Positions 51,198-63,978 of a stretch of DNA of 64,000 bases are shown piece by piece. The position numbers were made by a program, and so were the translations under genes. Positions within the stretch are counted from its first letter, which is position 1, and each line of letters begins with the position of its first letter. The DNA comes from Squalus acanthias (Eukaryota). The stretch is taken from NCBI GenBank assembly GCA_030390025.1, contig CM059425.1, positions 164,798,001-164,862,000 of the forward strand, read 5' to 3'. Below the pieces are notes generated by a model. The model saw only the letters and a list, made by a program, of their open reading frames with translations, was not told where the DNA came from and made no database searches.

Positions 51198-52294
51198 GGT
51201 CCTTCTGATTCAGAGCACCTCCCCTTTAAGAAGTGCAGACCAGCCTGTGACTTTGCAGGTAACCTTTAAATGAGAGCAGACTGCACAGGATTCCCTGTTA
51301 AGCGCGGTTCCAACCAGCAGTGCATTTAGTGCTGAGCTCATCGCTCCAATCATTATAATGAGAGGGCAGCATGAATTTTGTGTGCTGCCTGCACTACTTG
51401 CAACGGACGCAGGCAGTTCGCGCATCGCAATCCCTGCGTCTGTTTTCCAGCCTAATCGAATTTAGCCCCCCCTAGTGTCTCTGCTCCTCTACTCCTCAAA
51501 GTTTTACCATTTAGTGTATATTTCTTTTCCTTATTCTTCCTTCCAAAATGTATGCTTGGTAACATGCTAAATATAAATTGGTCTCCTCTAAGTTGATCAA
51601 TTTCCTTTGGTGCTTCACCCGCTCCGCCACATCGACAGAAACCCCGTTTCTGCTGAACTTCAGCCGAAGTTACGCCAGCGGAATGGGAGAAGCCCCAAGG
51701 ATATTCCTAGCTCATGTTAATATTTAAGAATAGATTAGATAGGTGGTTGAAGGAAAGGAGAATAAAGAGAAATGGGAAAAAGATGGGCACATGGGATTAA
51801 AACTAATGCTCACACAGAGGATAATCACAGACTGGTTGGGTCAAATGGCCAGTTTCTATGTTGTAATTTCTATGTAATTCTGTATGCAATGTGAATCTTT
51901 GTTTATCTAACAAAATTGCACCTACTGCAATGAGAACAGCTGAACTAGGTTTGTACAAGATACAATTATGACATAAATAACATAATATAGCAATGACAAT
52001 GATAATACAAACACTATGGCATGAACAAATAACATGATTAGAATGCTACATGATGGGTACCAGACTTTATGTGGTTTCTTTGTGCAGATTATTCCTAATT
52101 ATTACACAGTCTTGTACATATTACTGCCATTCACATGTCGCTGTGGCAATGGAGAGATTTTGTGAAGATAATGTTCTCCACGGCCAGTCCAGGTGTTGGT
52201 TGCTGACACTTGTGCTGTCAGGAGGAGCTTTTATGTAGGAAAAGCACATGTTATCTTGATCATGGTTATAAATTCCTGTCCTGAATGAATTGTG

Positions 52295-52624
<330 letters not shown>

Positions 52625-53444
52625 TTAAAACAAATAGTGCATTCGTTATATAATATCGGCACTGTAACCTATGGTATAAAAATCAATTAGGAAAGTTTTG
52701 ATATTTTGTGCCCTTATAATAACAGATTTTGATATAAAGTAAGATGATAACAAACATGTTTCACAGTACATATTTATAAAATAGTTATTGTTCTAACATA
52801 TTCCACATTTTGCATTTCTTACTGTCATCTATTGAGTGTATGTTTCGATAAGAAACACATATATCATACTTTACTAGTGGCTGTGCTGTTGCTGAAATAC
52901 ATTCTGTGCTAATGGGAGACTGAACTGCACCTTTTGTACTGCGGACTGTGACAGGTACGCACATGCACACCCCATACTGGATATGCCAGTGGGCATGTGT
53001 ACAGACAGTACTAAGATGACAGTTGGACATGTATCAAGGCAATGCTAGATGTGACAGCCACACTTAGATACAGCCTTTGCTGGATGTAACAGCGAGATAT
53101 GTGTACACATTGTTCTGGGGTGTTGAGCGGTTAAGGAATGATGATAGAAACCAGAGAAAGGATGCAGCAGCAGAAAGGAAGTTGAAGGGCTGAATCAGAG
53201 GTCAATGGAGCAGAGGTCTCAGCGAACGAGCAAAGGCCAGGACAGCAGACTAGTGAGGGAGTGAATCAGAGGCAAAGAAATTATGATTTAAAGTTAGTCT
53301 TTTGAGCATGCCCAGTATTTGCAGGATGGATATCGGGGTTCAGATTTTTTTTAAAGTGAAGTAAAGTATTAAGCTTATATTTGTTTAGTAACTAATGCTT
53401 ACTCTAACAAACTAATAATTTCTTCATGCCTGCTTTGGTAACTA

Positions 53445-53561
<117 letters not shown>

Positions 53562-55034
53562 TTATATAAGAACATAAGAAATAGGAGCAGGAGTAGACCA
53601 TATGGCCCCTCGAGCCTGCTCCGCCATTCGATAAGATCATGGCTGATCTTCCACATCAACTCCGCTTTCCCGCCCTATCCCCAGATCCCTTGATTCCCTT
53701 AGTGCCCAAAAATCAATTGATCTCAGTCAAAAATCAACGACTGAGCATCCACAGCCCTCTGGGTTAGAGAATTCCAAAGATTCACAATCATCTGAGTGAA
53801 GAAATTTCTCCTCATCTCTGTCCTAAGTGGCTGACCCCTTGGGTGGTGTCGTGTCGCTACACCTTTCCTTGTCACTGTTCCACGCAGGCTCTGGCTCGAG
53901 AGTTGAAGTCCCTCAGATCTTTAGGTCTGCATGGCTCTGGTAGTAGAGGGCATTCTAGGAGATGCTCCATTGTTTGAGATGCCTCTCCGCCGTCACAGTC
54001 GGTAGTATCAGTTTGGCTGTATCCCCACTTCTGCATGAGGGTTCTGCAGTGGCTGACATCAGTCCTGAGGCGATTGAGACACAGCCAAGTAGGCCAAGTA
54101 TCACTGGCTCCTGTTGGAAGAGATTCCTCTGGATCAAAAGATAGCTTGTGTGGCTTTGTCTGCAGATCCTTTGACCAAGCATCTAGTCTACAGCTGTGGG
54201 GATTACATTCCAAGGGCTGGACAGCATGGAAGAAACTGGTCCTGGACTTGAGCCTCTTAGTTGCTGGCTCGTGTTGAAAAAGTGGATGACGGGGATCACT
54301 TGTCTGCTTTGACCTTTCCACTCTTGATGGAACTCGTCTTCTTATGAAAGGTGGGGCAATACCTGCAAGCAGGTAAAGATCATTCACCTTCGTAGGTTTC
54401 AGGCAGCCAGAAATCGCTCTGCAGGCTACGTTGAGGACTGGATCCATCTTCTTGGCATGTGAGGACTGTTCCCAGACTGGACAGGCATAATCAGCTGCTG
54501 AATAACACAGGGCAAGGGCAGTAATTTGTAAGGTCCTTGGGTCAGTTCCCCATTTAGAGTTGGCCAACTTCCTTAAGATGTTGTTTCTGGCTCCCACCTT
54601 CGGCTTTGCTTTGATGACATGATCTTTGTAGCTGAGGGTACGATCTAATGTTATGCCAAGGTATATTGGCTTAGAGTTGTGTGCCAGTCTTCTCCCATAC
54701 CACCAGACATTAAGTTCTCGGTTTGCATCTCTGTTCTTAAGGTGAAAAGCACTGATCTGTGTTTTTTCAGGGTTGGCCCACAGATGGTTGGTCACATGTA
54801 GTTGGTTAGCTCAGCTAGGGCATAGCCAAGGGACTTCTCTACTTTATCAAAGGATTGGACCTGAGATGCTATGCACAGATCATCGGCTTAGAGGAAACTT
54901 CTGGTGTGTGTATGGATGGACTGGTCATTGGTATAAATGTTAAACAGCAAGGGTGCGAGAACACTACCTTGAGGTAACCCATTCTGCTGTCTGTGCCATC
55001 TGCTTCGCTTGCCGCTGAGGTCAACAAAGAAACG

Positions 55035-55228
55035 TGTCGTAAGAATGAGCCTTACGCGTGGTGAACTTAAAGTAAGTTTTAATCAACTAAAAAGGTGCTA
55101 CATACAAAAGAGGTCTTACTCTATGCCTCTCCAGGATCCAACTGATCAGTCCAGTATTTATCCTGGACTAATCACAGGAAGTGATGCAATAAAGTTCGAG
55201 TCACAGGAAGCTGTATTGTGTTACCACA
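55035..55228 (-). repeat. 3' LTR
   Basis: 3 mismatches to 59282-59475; preceded on - by PPT GGGGGGGGAGAA (55229-55240). Confidence 0.95.
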
Positions 55229-55246
55229 TTCTCCCCCCCCAAAAGA

Positions 55247-58200
55247 TTAGGAGGCCGGGATGCTCCCTCCATTTCGCAGCCGCTGGACGAGGGAGAGCCG
55301 CACCCGTTTGGGTTCTTGTAGCGGTAGGGGGCCCCGAGCCCGTTTACCCGCCGCGGGCCGTGGACCAGAGTCCGAGTGATCCAGCCCACTCTGTGAGGGG
55401 TCAGGACGATCCTGACTGTGTACTGGTGCCCGAACGGGTGTCGGGCAGGGCTGTGGCAGATCCGTTTCCGAGCGTACGGTACGGGGTGGATCGTGGCTGC
55501 GCGTGCGAGCCCCGATGGGCTCATAGTCAGTCTGCCCCAGGTCGGCACGCTGGAGTGAGGTACCAGCCGGCGTCAGATCCAGATCGTGATGAGAGGCACC
55601 TGGCGAGCCCAGAGATGTGCCTGGTACAATATCATCCCCTGGTGTCCCTCTATGTTTCGGCGGGCAGGGAGCCAGATCCCGCAATGACACGGTAGATTCC
55701 CGACCGTCAGGATACCGAATATAGGCGTAGGTAGGGTTGACGTCAGTGAGCTCAACCTCATCTACCAGGGGGTCATTCTTAGACGCCCAGACATATCTTC
55801 GGAGTAGCACTGGTCCCGGTGCAGTCAGCCACGACGGGAGAGATATCCCATAGGATGAGCGACGCTGAAATCGGAAGAACCGTTCATGAGGCGTCGTATT
55901 TGTGGCGGTCGAAAGGAGGGACCGTGTGGAGTGTAATGCGTCTGGAAGTACTGCTTCCCATTGCTGGTTGGGTAGGCCCCGAGATCTCAAAGCCAGACGT
56001 ACCGCATTCCAGATGATAGCGTTAAAACGCTCGACTTGCCCATTCCCGACCGGATGATAAGGCGTTGTTTTGCTGGCAGCAATACCCCGTTCCGAGAGAT
56101 AGGCCTTGAGTTCTCCTGACATAAAAGAAGGGCCCCGATCTGAATGAACATAGGATGCCATGCCACAGAAAGCAAATACCTGCTCAAGGCAGCTGATAAC
56201 TGTGGTCGTCAGCATATTGGGGCAGGGAAAGGCAAACGGAAAACGGGAATACTCATCGACCATGGTCAATAGATAAGTGTTGCGAGTTGAAGAGGGCAAC
56301 GGCCCCTTAAAATCGATGCGAAGCCGTTGCATTGGCTGGGTCGCATGTATGAGTATACCACCCGAGGGGCGGAAAAACCGAGGTTTCAATTCCGCACAGA
56401 CTCTGCAGTCCGAGCACATCTTCTTTACATCCCCGGTAGAGAATGGGAGATTTCGGGACCGCACGAAGTGTAGCATGCGAGTAACGCCCGGATGACACAA
56501 CCCATCATGGATGTCTACGAGCGTAGAGGGTGCCATGGCGGAGCAGAATGCTCGTGTGAGGGTATCCGGAGCCACATTCTCCTTGCCAGGTCGATAGTGG
56601 ATGGTGTAACCAAAAGAGGCCAATTCCAGCCGCCAAAGCTGGATTTTATTATTTTTAATTTTGGTCCGTTTTCGATTATCGAGCATGAAGGCGACCGATC
56701 GCTGGTCCGTGATTAAGGTAAAGTGCTGGCGAGCTAGGAGATGACTCCACTTCCGTACTGCCTCTATGATGGCTGTAGCTTCTTTCTCGACTGGAGGATA
56801 ATGTAGCTCAGCCCCTTGAAAAGTCCTGGACAAAAATGCCACCGGACGACCTTCCTGATTCAGAGTGGCCAAGATCGCCACCTCCGAGGCATCACACTCA
56901 ACAACAAAAAGAAGACTCTCATCGATGGAGTGAAGAGCCGCTTTCTCCAACTGTTTTTTCAGGAGGTTAAAGGCTGCAACCGCCGCTGTGTCTAGTGGGA
57001 ATGTGCTGGCCTTCAGTAGAGGTTGGATTCGGTCCGAGAAGTTAGGAATCCATTTAGCATAGTATGCAAACAGGCCGAGGGCCCGGCGCAAGGAGGCCGG
57101 ATTCTTAGGTGACGGGAGTTCTTGGAGTGGGCGAAGCCTTTCAGGGTCAGGTTTAATGATGCCACTGCCCACACAATAGCCAAGGATGTTGATGGTTGGT
57201 TGTGACTCAATGGATTTAGCCGCATTTAATGTCAAATTACGGTGCTGGAGTGCATCCCAAAATCGTTGGAGATTGGCGTCATGTTCCCGCTGATTGCGAC
57301 CTGCGACAGTAATATTGTCCAGATAAGGAAACGTATCCTTCAAGTCTTCCTGTTTGACCAGGTCATCCATTGCTCGCTGGAAGACAGCCACTCCATTAGT
57401 GACCCCAAAGGGGAGGCGACGAAATTGATACAGCCGTCCATTGGCTTCAAAGGCCGTATACTGCTTGTCTGAGACCTTCAAGGGTACCTGATGATAGGCA
57501 CTTTTCAGATCATATGTTGAGAACACCGTGTACTCAGCCAGATTATTAACCATATCATCGATGCGCGGCAATGGGTATGCGTCCAAGTCCGTATATTGAT
57601 TGATGGTCTGTGAATAGTCAATGCACAGCCGTTTCTTGTGAGGTTGTAGAGGGTTCTTAACAATAACGACCTGGGCGCGCCATGGCGACGAACAAGGCTC
57701 GATGATATCCTCTGCTAAAAGCCGAGAAATCTCAGCCGCAATAAAAGACTGGTCTTCCTGACTGAAACGTCGTGACTTTGTTATAATCGGTTTGCATCGA
57801 GGAGGGATACTGGTAAACAGTGAGGGTTCATCCAGTGAAGCTGCTGACAATGCACAGAACGGTAATCGAGGTAGTATATTAGAAATAGTGAGTTCAGGTT
57901 TGGATCCGCCGAACTCAATGGTGAGCTTCTTATGCTGCTTTTGAAAATCCAGCCCTAAGATAAGATCACTACATAAGTCCTTGAGCACCGAAAGCCGGGT
58001 GGAGGGATACCTGTGACCATTAAGTGTTATTTCAACCATACAAAAGCCAGAAATTCTGGTATTAAGTGATGACTGAGCCATCGCAATTGCCTGGTCCGAT
58101 GGGAAAACATGTAGCTTTAACTCTGCAACAATCTGTTCCCTAATGAAACTATCAGTGCTACCTGAGTCAATTAAGGCATCTAAAGTATGTCCATTAATTG

Positions 58201-59203
58201 ATGCTTTTGTAGCTGCATGGAATAGGTTCTGAGGACAAGCAGCTGTAATTGGTGTCGTTGCACAAAGAGTGGCTGAAACTCTAGGTGTGTTTCTTCGAGA
58301 GGAAACCCGAGAGGAAGCACGATAGATTTTAGCCGGAACATCTTGATAGGCCCTTACCGGGGCAGTTCGGTAGGACTTAGCTTGATAAGCCCTCATAGAG
58401 GCTCTTGATAGGCAAACCTTTGCAAAATGACCCTTTTTGTTGCAATGACTGCAAAACGCATTGCGAGCAGGGCAGAATTTCCGAGGGTGAAACTCATCAC
58501 CACAAAAGAAGCATTTCTTAGATTGCCAAGAGGCTGCCACAGTGGGGTCATCATCCTCTTCATCAGTGAAGTCATCAGATTGATCGTCAGGGATAAAGTC
58601 CTCCCTAATAGAGTTCACCTGTGGCCTCTTAAATTGCCTGACTGTAGTTAAGGCAGTAGACCGAGGTCTGGGCACTGTATAAAGGTCTGCATTTCTTTTT
58701 GCCAGATCTAGAGAGCAAGCCATGTCATAAGCTCTCTGAAGCTCAAGTGTCTTACTTTCCAGTAGACGCTGGCGTATAAATGGGGAGGCAAGCCCGCAGA
58801 TGAAAGCATCACAGATCATTTCTTCACGGTACAGCTCAGCTGAGGCCGCCTGAAAGTTACAGTCCATACTAAGTCTGCGAAGCTCTTGGAGGAATTTATC
58901 AATGGATTCCTCCGGCCCTTGTTGGGCTGTAGCTAGTAGATGTCTGGCATAGACCTCATTCGGTGTCTTAGTATATAGTCTCTTAAGCGTCCGAATTACC
59001 TCCTCGTAACTGCCCTATTCCTCCACATACTGAAATACATTCGGGGTGACACAGTTGATGAGTATCCGCAACTTTGAGTCATCATCAGCCTTGCAATATT
59101 CAAGAAAATTGTCAAACGTGCGATACCAGTGTTTCCACACCTTACCGGCTGCTGGGGTGTTTGGGTCCAAGTCAAGACGCGATGGTTTAAGGATGTTTTC
59201 CAT
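55247..59203 (-). pseudogene. single-frame gag-pol polyprotein (1318 codons) with one premature TAG at 59015-59017
   Basis: ORFs 59015-59203 and 55247-58867 share a frame; two Cys/His knuckles, LIDSGST protease, YLDN RT, CDAS/EKEA RNase H, HHCC + DDE integrase. Confidence 0.92.
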
Positions 59204-59269
59204 GATGGGTGATTCCCTGGATCCTTAGTTCCGAGTTCGTCCAAAAAGTTTGAGTGCGAAGTTTTCCAA

Positions 59270-59280
59270 AGTTGATTAAA
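59270..59280 (-). promoter_or_regulatory. primer-binding-site position, complementary to the element's own LTR (59325-59335)
   Basis: Sense TTTAATCAACT, 1 nt from the 5' LTR, no TGG; exact reverse complement of LTR AGTTGATTAAA. Confidence 0.65.
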
Positions 59281-59281
59281 T

Positions 59282-59475
59282 TGTCGTAAGAATGAGCCTT
59301 ACGCGTGGTGAACTTAAAGTAAGCTTTAATCAACTAAAAAGGTGCTACATACAAAAGAGTTCTTACTCTATGCCTCTCCAGGATCCAACTGATCAGTCCA
59401 GTATTTATCCTGGACTAATCACAGGAAGTGATGCAATAAAGTTCGAGTCACAGGAAGCCGTATTGTGTTACCACA
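59282..59475 (-). repeat. 5' LTR
   Basis: See 3' LTR. Confidence 0.95.
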
Positions 59476-61045
59476 AAACGTCTGTTGGCCGGCATGTTGC
59501 ATATCAGCTCAGTCAATCTGACATCTTTTGTTATGTGGAATACCTTCTGCACAAGAATCCGATAATTGACTGTGTCATATGCAGCAGATAAATCCACAAA
59601 GGCTGCACCTGTTATTAGCCCAATCTTGTAGCCATCCTCAATAAATTGGGTCAGATTTAGAAGCTGCCTTGTACAGGATTTTCCTGGCCTGAATCCTGCT
59701 TCTTCAGGGATAAGACATTCATCTACAAAGGGGGCCAAGCGATTCAGGATGAGTTTCTCAAACAGTTCATAGGTGTGGCATAACAGGGAGATTGGCCTGA
59801 AGCTCTTAGGGTTGGCTAGGTCTTTGCCGGGCTTCAGAATTGCCACTATTCTTGCTTGTCTCTACAGCTTAGGAATCTTGTTGGTGGCTAAGCAATTGTT
59901 GAGCATGTCAAGTAGCCACAGTAAAGCCACAGGTCCAAAGTGCTTGATTTGTTCATAGAGAATATCGCCAATCCAGCTGCTTTGTTGTTTTGCATCACTT
60001 TGATACCGAGTAACACCTCATTCATGGTGAAGGGTCTTGTAAAGTCAGAATCCTCCTTATCAACTTCAGCAGGTCTTGGGTGTTTAACACTGCTGGGACG
60101 ATGGCCTGGGTTTCCTCGGCTGTTCAAGAGGAGCTGGTGAGCAACTTGATCTGCTGTGATTTTATACTGCAGCTGTGCTTTAGTGAAGTCGTTTCCTAGC
60201 ATCCTGATGGAAGAAATGGCAAGAACTGATCGAATCCACAGATACGATGCACAGCAGCTGGAAAGCATGGAAAACCATCAGGATGCTAGGAAACGACTTC
60301 ACTAAAGCAAAACTGCTGACCCCTTATCCTGAGACTATGACCCCTAGTTCTAGACTCTCCAGCCAGGGGAAACGGCCTCTCAGCATCTACTCTGTCAAGC
60401 CCTCAGAGGTTTACTACCTCTGCGCTGTCAGAATGGAAGTAATAAATTATAGATTTTTTTAAAAATTACTTATTTATTGTATTAGTACAGGAATTAGTGT
60501 ATATAATAGTAATTTTAATGAAAGAAGAAACAAATGAATCCAAACAGATTCAGTAAAAATAGGGCAGTAGTCTCTTTCAGGTTGTGCTGGTTTTTTCAGC
60601 GCAATTCGCCCGAAATCGGAAACCAGCACAAAAGATCAAGGAATTTCAAGCGTACATTACGTTCAACACAAATCGAGTTTCCACGATCTTTTGCGCTAGT
60701 TTAAAAAACATCGAGCTGGAAGCCGGCCCCGCCCACAAAACTGGCCATGCTCCCAGATCGAATTAATCACCATTGCGAATTTCCTCTAATTGTGGCTGTT
60801 TTCAGGCATTCGAGGTGGCTCTAAAAATTAAGCTTTTTTTTCAGGCGCAAGGACACTAATTGGCATGTTTTGAAAGCTTTTAAATCTTTTTAATTTACTA
60901 AGAAACTGACTACTGTACACCAATTTAACTAGTAAATGTTTCTGTATAGTTTTTAAAGTCATTTTCAGTTATTTAAAATCAGGTTACTCACTGGTGGTGG
61001 ACTGGACACTCTGATTAAAAATGCTTTAACAAAATTACATTCTAA

Positions 61046-61382
61046 AATGTTACTTTGCAGATTGTTTTAGCAGCTCAGCTGACACTATGGCCAGGAGTGT
61101 CTGCTTTGGGCGCAATCGGTGATCTGGGCGCAAACTGCATTCAAAATTGCGCTATATCCTTGATATATTCTAAAATGCTGCCCAATTGCCGTGGTGCATG
61201 GCAGATTTTACGTTCAGCGATATGCAAATGAGTTTGAGCGGAAACTAGAGCAAAAAAAACGACTTCTTAAAACTAGCATAATTTTGAATGCAATTTGGGC
61301 CCAGATCACCGATTGCACCCAAAGCAGACACTCTTGGCCATAGTGTCAGCTGAACTGATAAAACAAGCTGCAAAGTTACATT
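61046..61382. repeat. inverted repeat with 103-bp arms (61046-61148, 61280-61382)
   Basis: Arms are reverse complements with roughly ten mismatches; 131-bp spacer. Confidence 0.85.
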
Positions 61383-62624
61383 AAATTGTCACTTTTTTTG
61401 TTCATGTGGTCATGGGAGGGACGAGAAAAGGAGCCAAGGTGATTGCGCGTGTACTAAGGACGTTGGCCTATAAATTCGGGTGGTTTGCGCCACCCGTTAC
61501 CGCCATGAAACGGCGAGAAAGCAGCGGTGGATGGTCCCGCGGCAGCCGCCATTTTCGGCAGGTCGGCAGCGCTGCCATTGCCTGCGATCAGCGAAAGTAT
61601 TTTAATGAATTGGAGCGTGACATCAATCGCCGTGTTGACGTCAGCTCATCCATTTTGGAGTTCGTCACTCCCATTGCCGCCCACTCTAAATCACGCCAGT
61701 GCGTGCTGCCGCTAACAGATGTTTCAGCAGCGTTAACGGCCATGAGGAGTCTGGCAGGACTTACGAGGATGGAGGCTGACAAGTGGATGCTGGAACTTCA
61801 AACGCCTCCTTTTCTTCTTTTAAACTTTCACTGTTTTGCCCATCAGTGGCGGGGGTGGGGTTGCATTTTCCAGCAGCTTTCCGGGAGAGTGTTTGTGGCT
61901 CAGTAAATCAATGGGTGAACTCCATTGCACTGTTTGAAGATGATCTCTGATAAGATCTCTTTTATCTTTATGATAACGTTACCAGAACGTCACCCCCCTG
62001 GCAAATCTGGACTCAACTGCTTAAGATTTTAAGGAATTATTCAAAATTCCATAATCAATTATTTATCAAATAATTATTTTGTGTCGAGTATGCAAGACCC
62101 ACTAACAACTGCCACGACAACTACATTTAAACACTTTCAAGAGTAACCATTGGGAAAAGATTAGTGTTACAGAGAACGCAGATGCATTCATTTCATAAAC
62201 TATTAAAAAATCGACAAATGTCAGGTGGCAGCTAATACTTTTGGAGCAATTATGGCAACTGATCGGGTCGCTCCTTTCTTCTCCATTTCCCTACACTGCA
62301 AGCGGGAGACAGAGGCAACCTTTGGCCTCCTTCTGAGATTAACACTGCAAAGAGCGTTACACCAGGAAATCAATGCCAGGCTGATGTCAATGAGCAGGCA
62401 GTACCAAAATGCCGCTACTCTCTGCGCTCTCTCAGCCGGCGGCCGTTATCCTTGGCTGCCACTATTACCGGCAGGTTTCCAGCGTTCTCCAGTTTTTAGC
62501 CCATTGTGTTTAACACCAAAAACAAATAGGATTGTCTTATCCTCCTCCCAGTCAGTAATAAGTATCAGTTATGGGTCATGAGAACCAATTCATAATTTTT
62601 TGGAAAATTACAATTATTCGAATT

Positions 62625-63025
62625 ATATAGAAATTATAACACAGAAACAGGCCGTTTGGCCCAACCAGTCCATGTTGGTGTTTATCCTCCACACAAGCAA
62701 TAGTCCTAGTCCCATATGCCTGTCCTTTTCCCATATTTCTATATTCCCATTTATTTCTCTATATTCCCCTATATTTCCCCTATCTAATCTATTCTTAAAT
62801 GTTGACATGGTCTCTGCTTGAATAACTAACTGTGGTAGTGCCTTACAACCATCTGTGTAAAAAAAGCTTCTTCTGGTTCCTGTCCTAAATCTCTTATATT
62901 TAATTTTATATCTATGTCCCCTTACTCTCTGTCACTGGAAACAGTCTGTTTCTATCTACTCTATCCAATCCCATCATCATTTTAAACACATCTTTCAAAT
63001 CACCCCTTAATCTCCTCTGTTCCAA
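62625..63025 (-). mobile_element. old CR1 3' fragment (related piece on + at ~51715-51885)
   Basis: TFKNRLDR peptide; ATAGAAATTATAACACAGAAACAGGCC tail. Confidence 0.6.
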
Positions 63026-63641
63026 AACATGTCACTGAATTCTTTCTCATTCATTTGACTAATCAGCAGTTAAGCAGTTGTGCCTACTGTACAGTAGTTG
63101 AATGCAGAAGAGATGCATTTTAACAAGCTGCTACACTGAAAGCTGTGGTCTGACACAGTCACGATTGGAGACACAGTACTGTTGCTGAACAACATGAGTT
63201 CGTGCTGATGTGGTAGGTAGATGTGTTAACAAGCTATGCTGGGAAGAAATGTGATTCTGGCTCATGCCATAGTCCTTGGTGAGTGCCTTATCCCAGCTCA
63301 GCCAATTAGCAGGAGGTATCACACCAAATAGAAACCAGACACAATCCATAGGGAGAGAGAGAGAAAATGACCAGGTGAGTAACTTTGCAAATAGTTATCG
63401 GACCCATTGTCAGCACAAGCCAACCACAATCTTCTTGGGCATCCCTGTGTCTGGGTGTCCCACATCCACATTGCCAGGAAATTGAGGCGGGAGGCTGGGA
63501 ATGCTCCTTCTCACCTCATTTGCATCTTTACAATGAGTCTGCACCAATTGCATATGCTCTGTCCCTTCCAGGAAGCCCCAGGTATCCCAGTGTAATGAAA
63601 AGAGGACAGAAACCCCACAAAATGGGTCTCTACCCCGGTTT

Positions 63642-63870
63642 ATAGAATGGTTACAGCACAGAAGGAGGCCATTCGGCCTGCCGAACCCATGCCGGCTCTC
63701 TGCAAGAACACTTCAGCTAGTCCCACTCCCCCGCCCTTTCCCCATAACCCTGCAATTTTTTTCCCTTCAGGTACTTATCCAATTCCCTTTTGAAAACCAC
63801 GATTGAATCTACCTCCACCACCCTCTGAGGCAGTGCATTCCAGATCCTAACCACTCGCTGCGTAAAAAAA
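63642..63870 (-). mobile_element. CR1 3' UTR fragment
   Basis: Homologous to 50587-50822. Confidence 0.8.
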
Positions 63871-63978
63871 TGTCTTTATGCCCAGGAAAAGGCATTCCTG
63901 GGGGGCAAAAGTCAAGAAAATCAGCCATAATAAGCTTTAAAAAAGTGAGAGGCAGAGAAAAGACAATGATCATATTAC

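Larger units (their letters stand above)
40534..51472. mobile_element. formerly autonomous PIF/Harbinger element hosting nested LINE, SINE, CR1 and Harbinger insertions
   Basis: Convergent transposase (+) and Myb/SANT (-) genes; putative termini TAA-GGCCGCGAAATTCC...CGAATTTAGCCCC-TAG (boundaries less certain). Confidence 0.7.
55035..59475 (-). mobile_element. full-length Gypsy (Ty3) LTR retrotransposon
   Basis: TG...CA LTRs of 194 bp, 5-bp TSD AAACG (55030-55034, 59476-59480), PPT, gag-PR-RT-RH-IN order. Confidence 0.97.
53841..60314 (-). mobile_element. Vingi/Ingi-like non-LTR retrotransposon, 5'-truncated with a 5' inversion, interrupted by Gypsy
   Basis: 11-bp TSD GCTGACCCCTT (53830-53840, 60315-60325); AILKPGKD..FRPISLLCH, FVDLSAAYDTVN, LPQGSVLAP, LGITLDRTLSY, ALALCYSAADYACPVW; clade assignment from motif recall. 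Confidence 0.8.
53566..60407 (-). mobile_element. CR1 3' fragment split by the Vingi-like LINE (53566-53840 and 60315-60407)
   Basis: ATAAGAACATAAGAAATAGGAGCAGG tail; sequence resumes after TSD GCTGACCCCTT. Confidence 0.8.

Noticed and set aside
55009..55695. 228-aa + strand ORF over the LTR
   Set aside because: Antisense to gag-pol and LTR in GC-rich sequence; no env-like or other features
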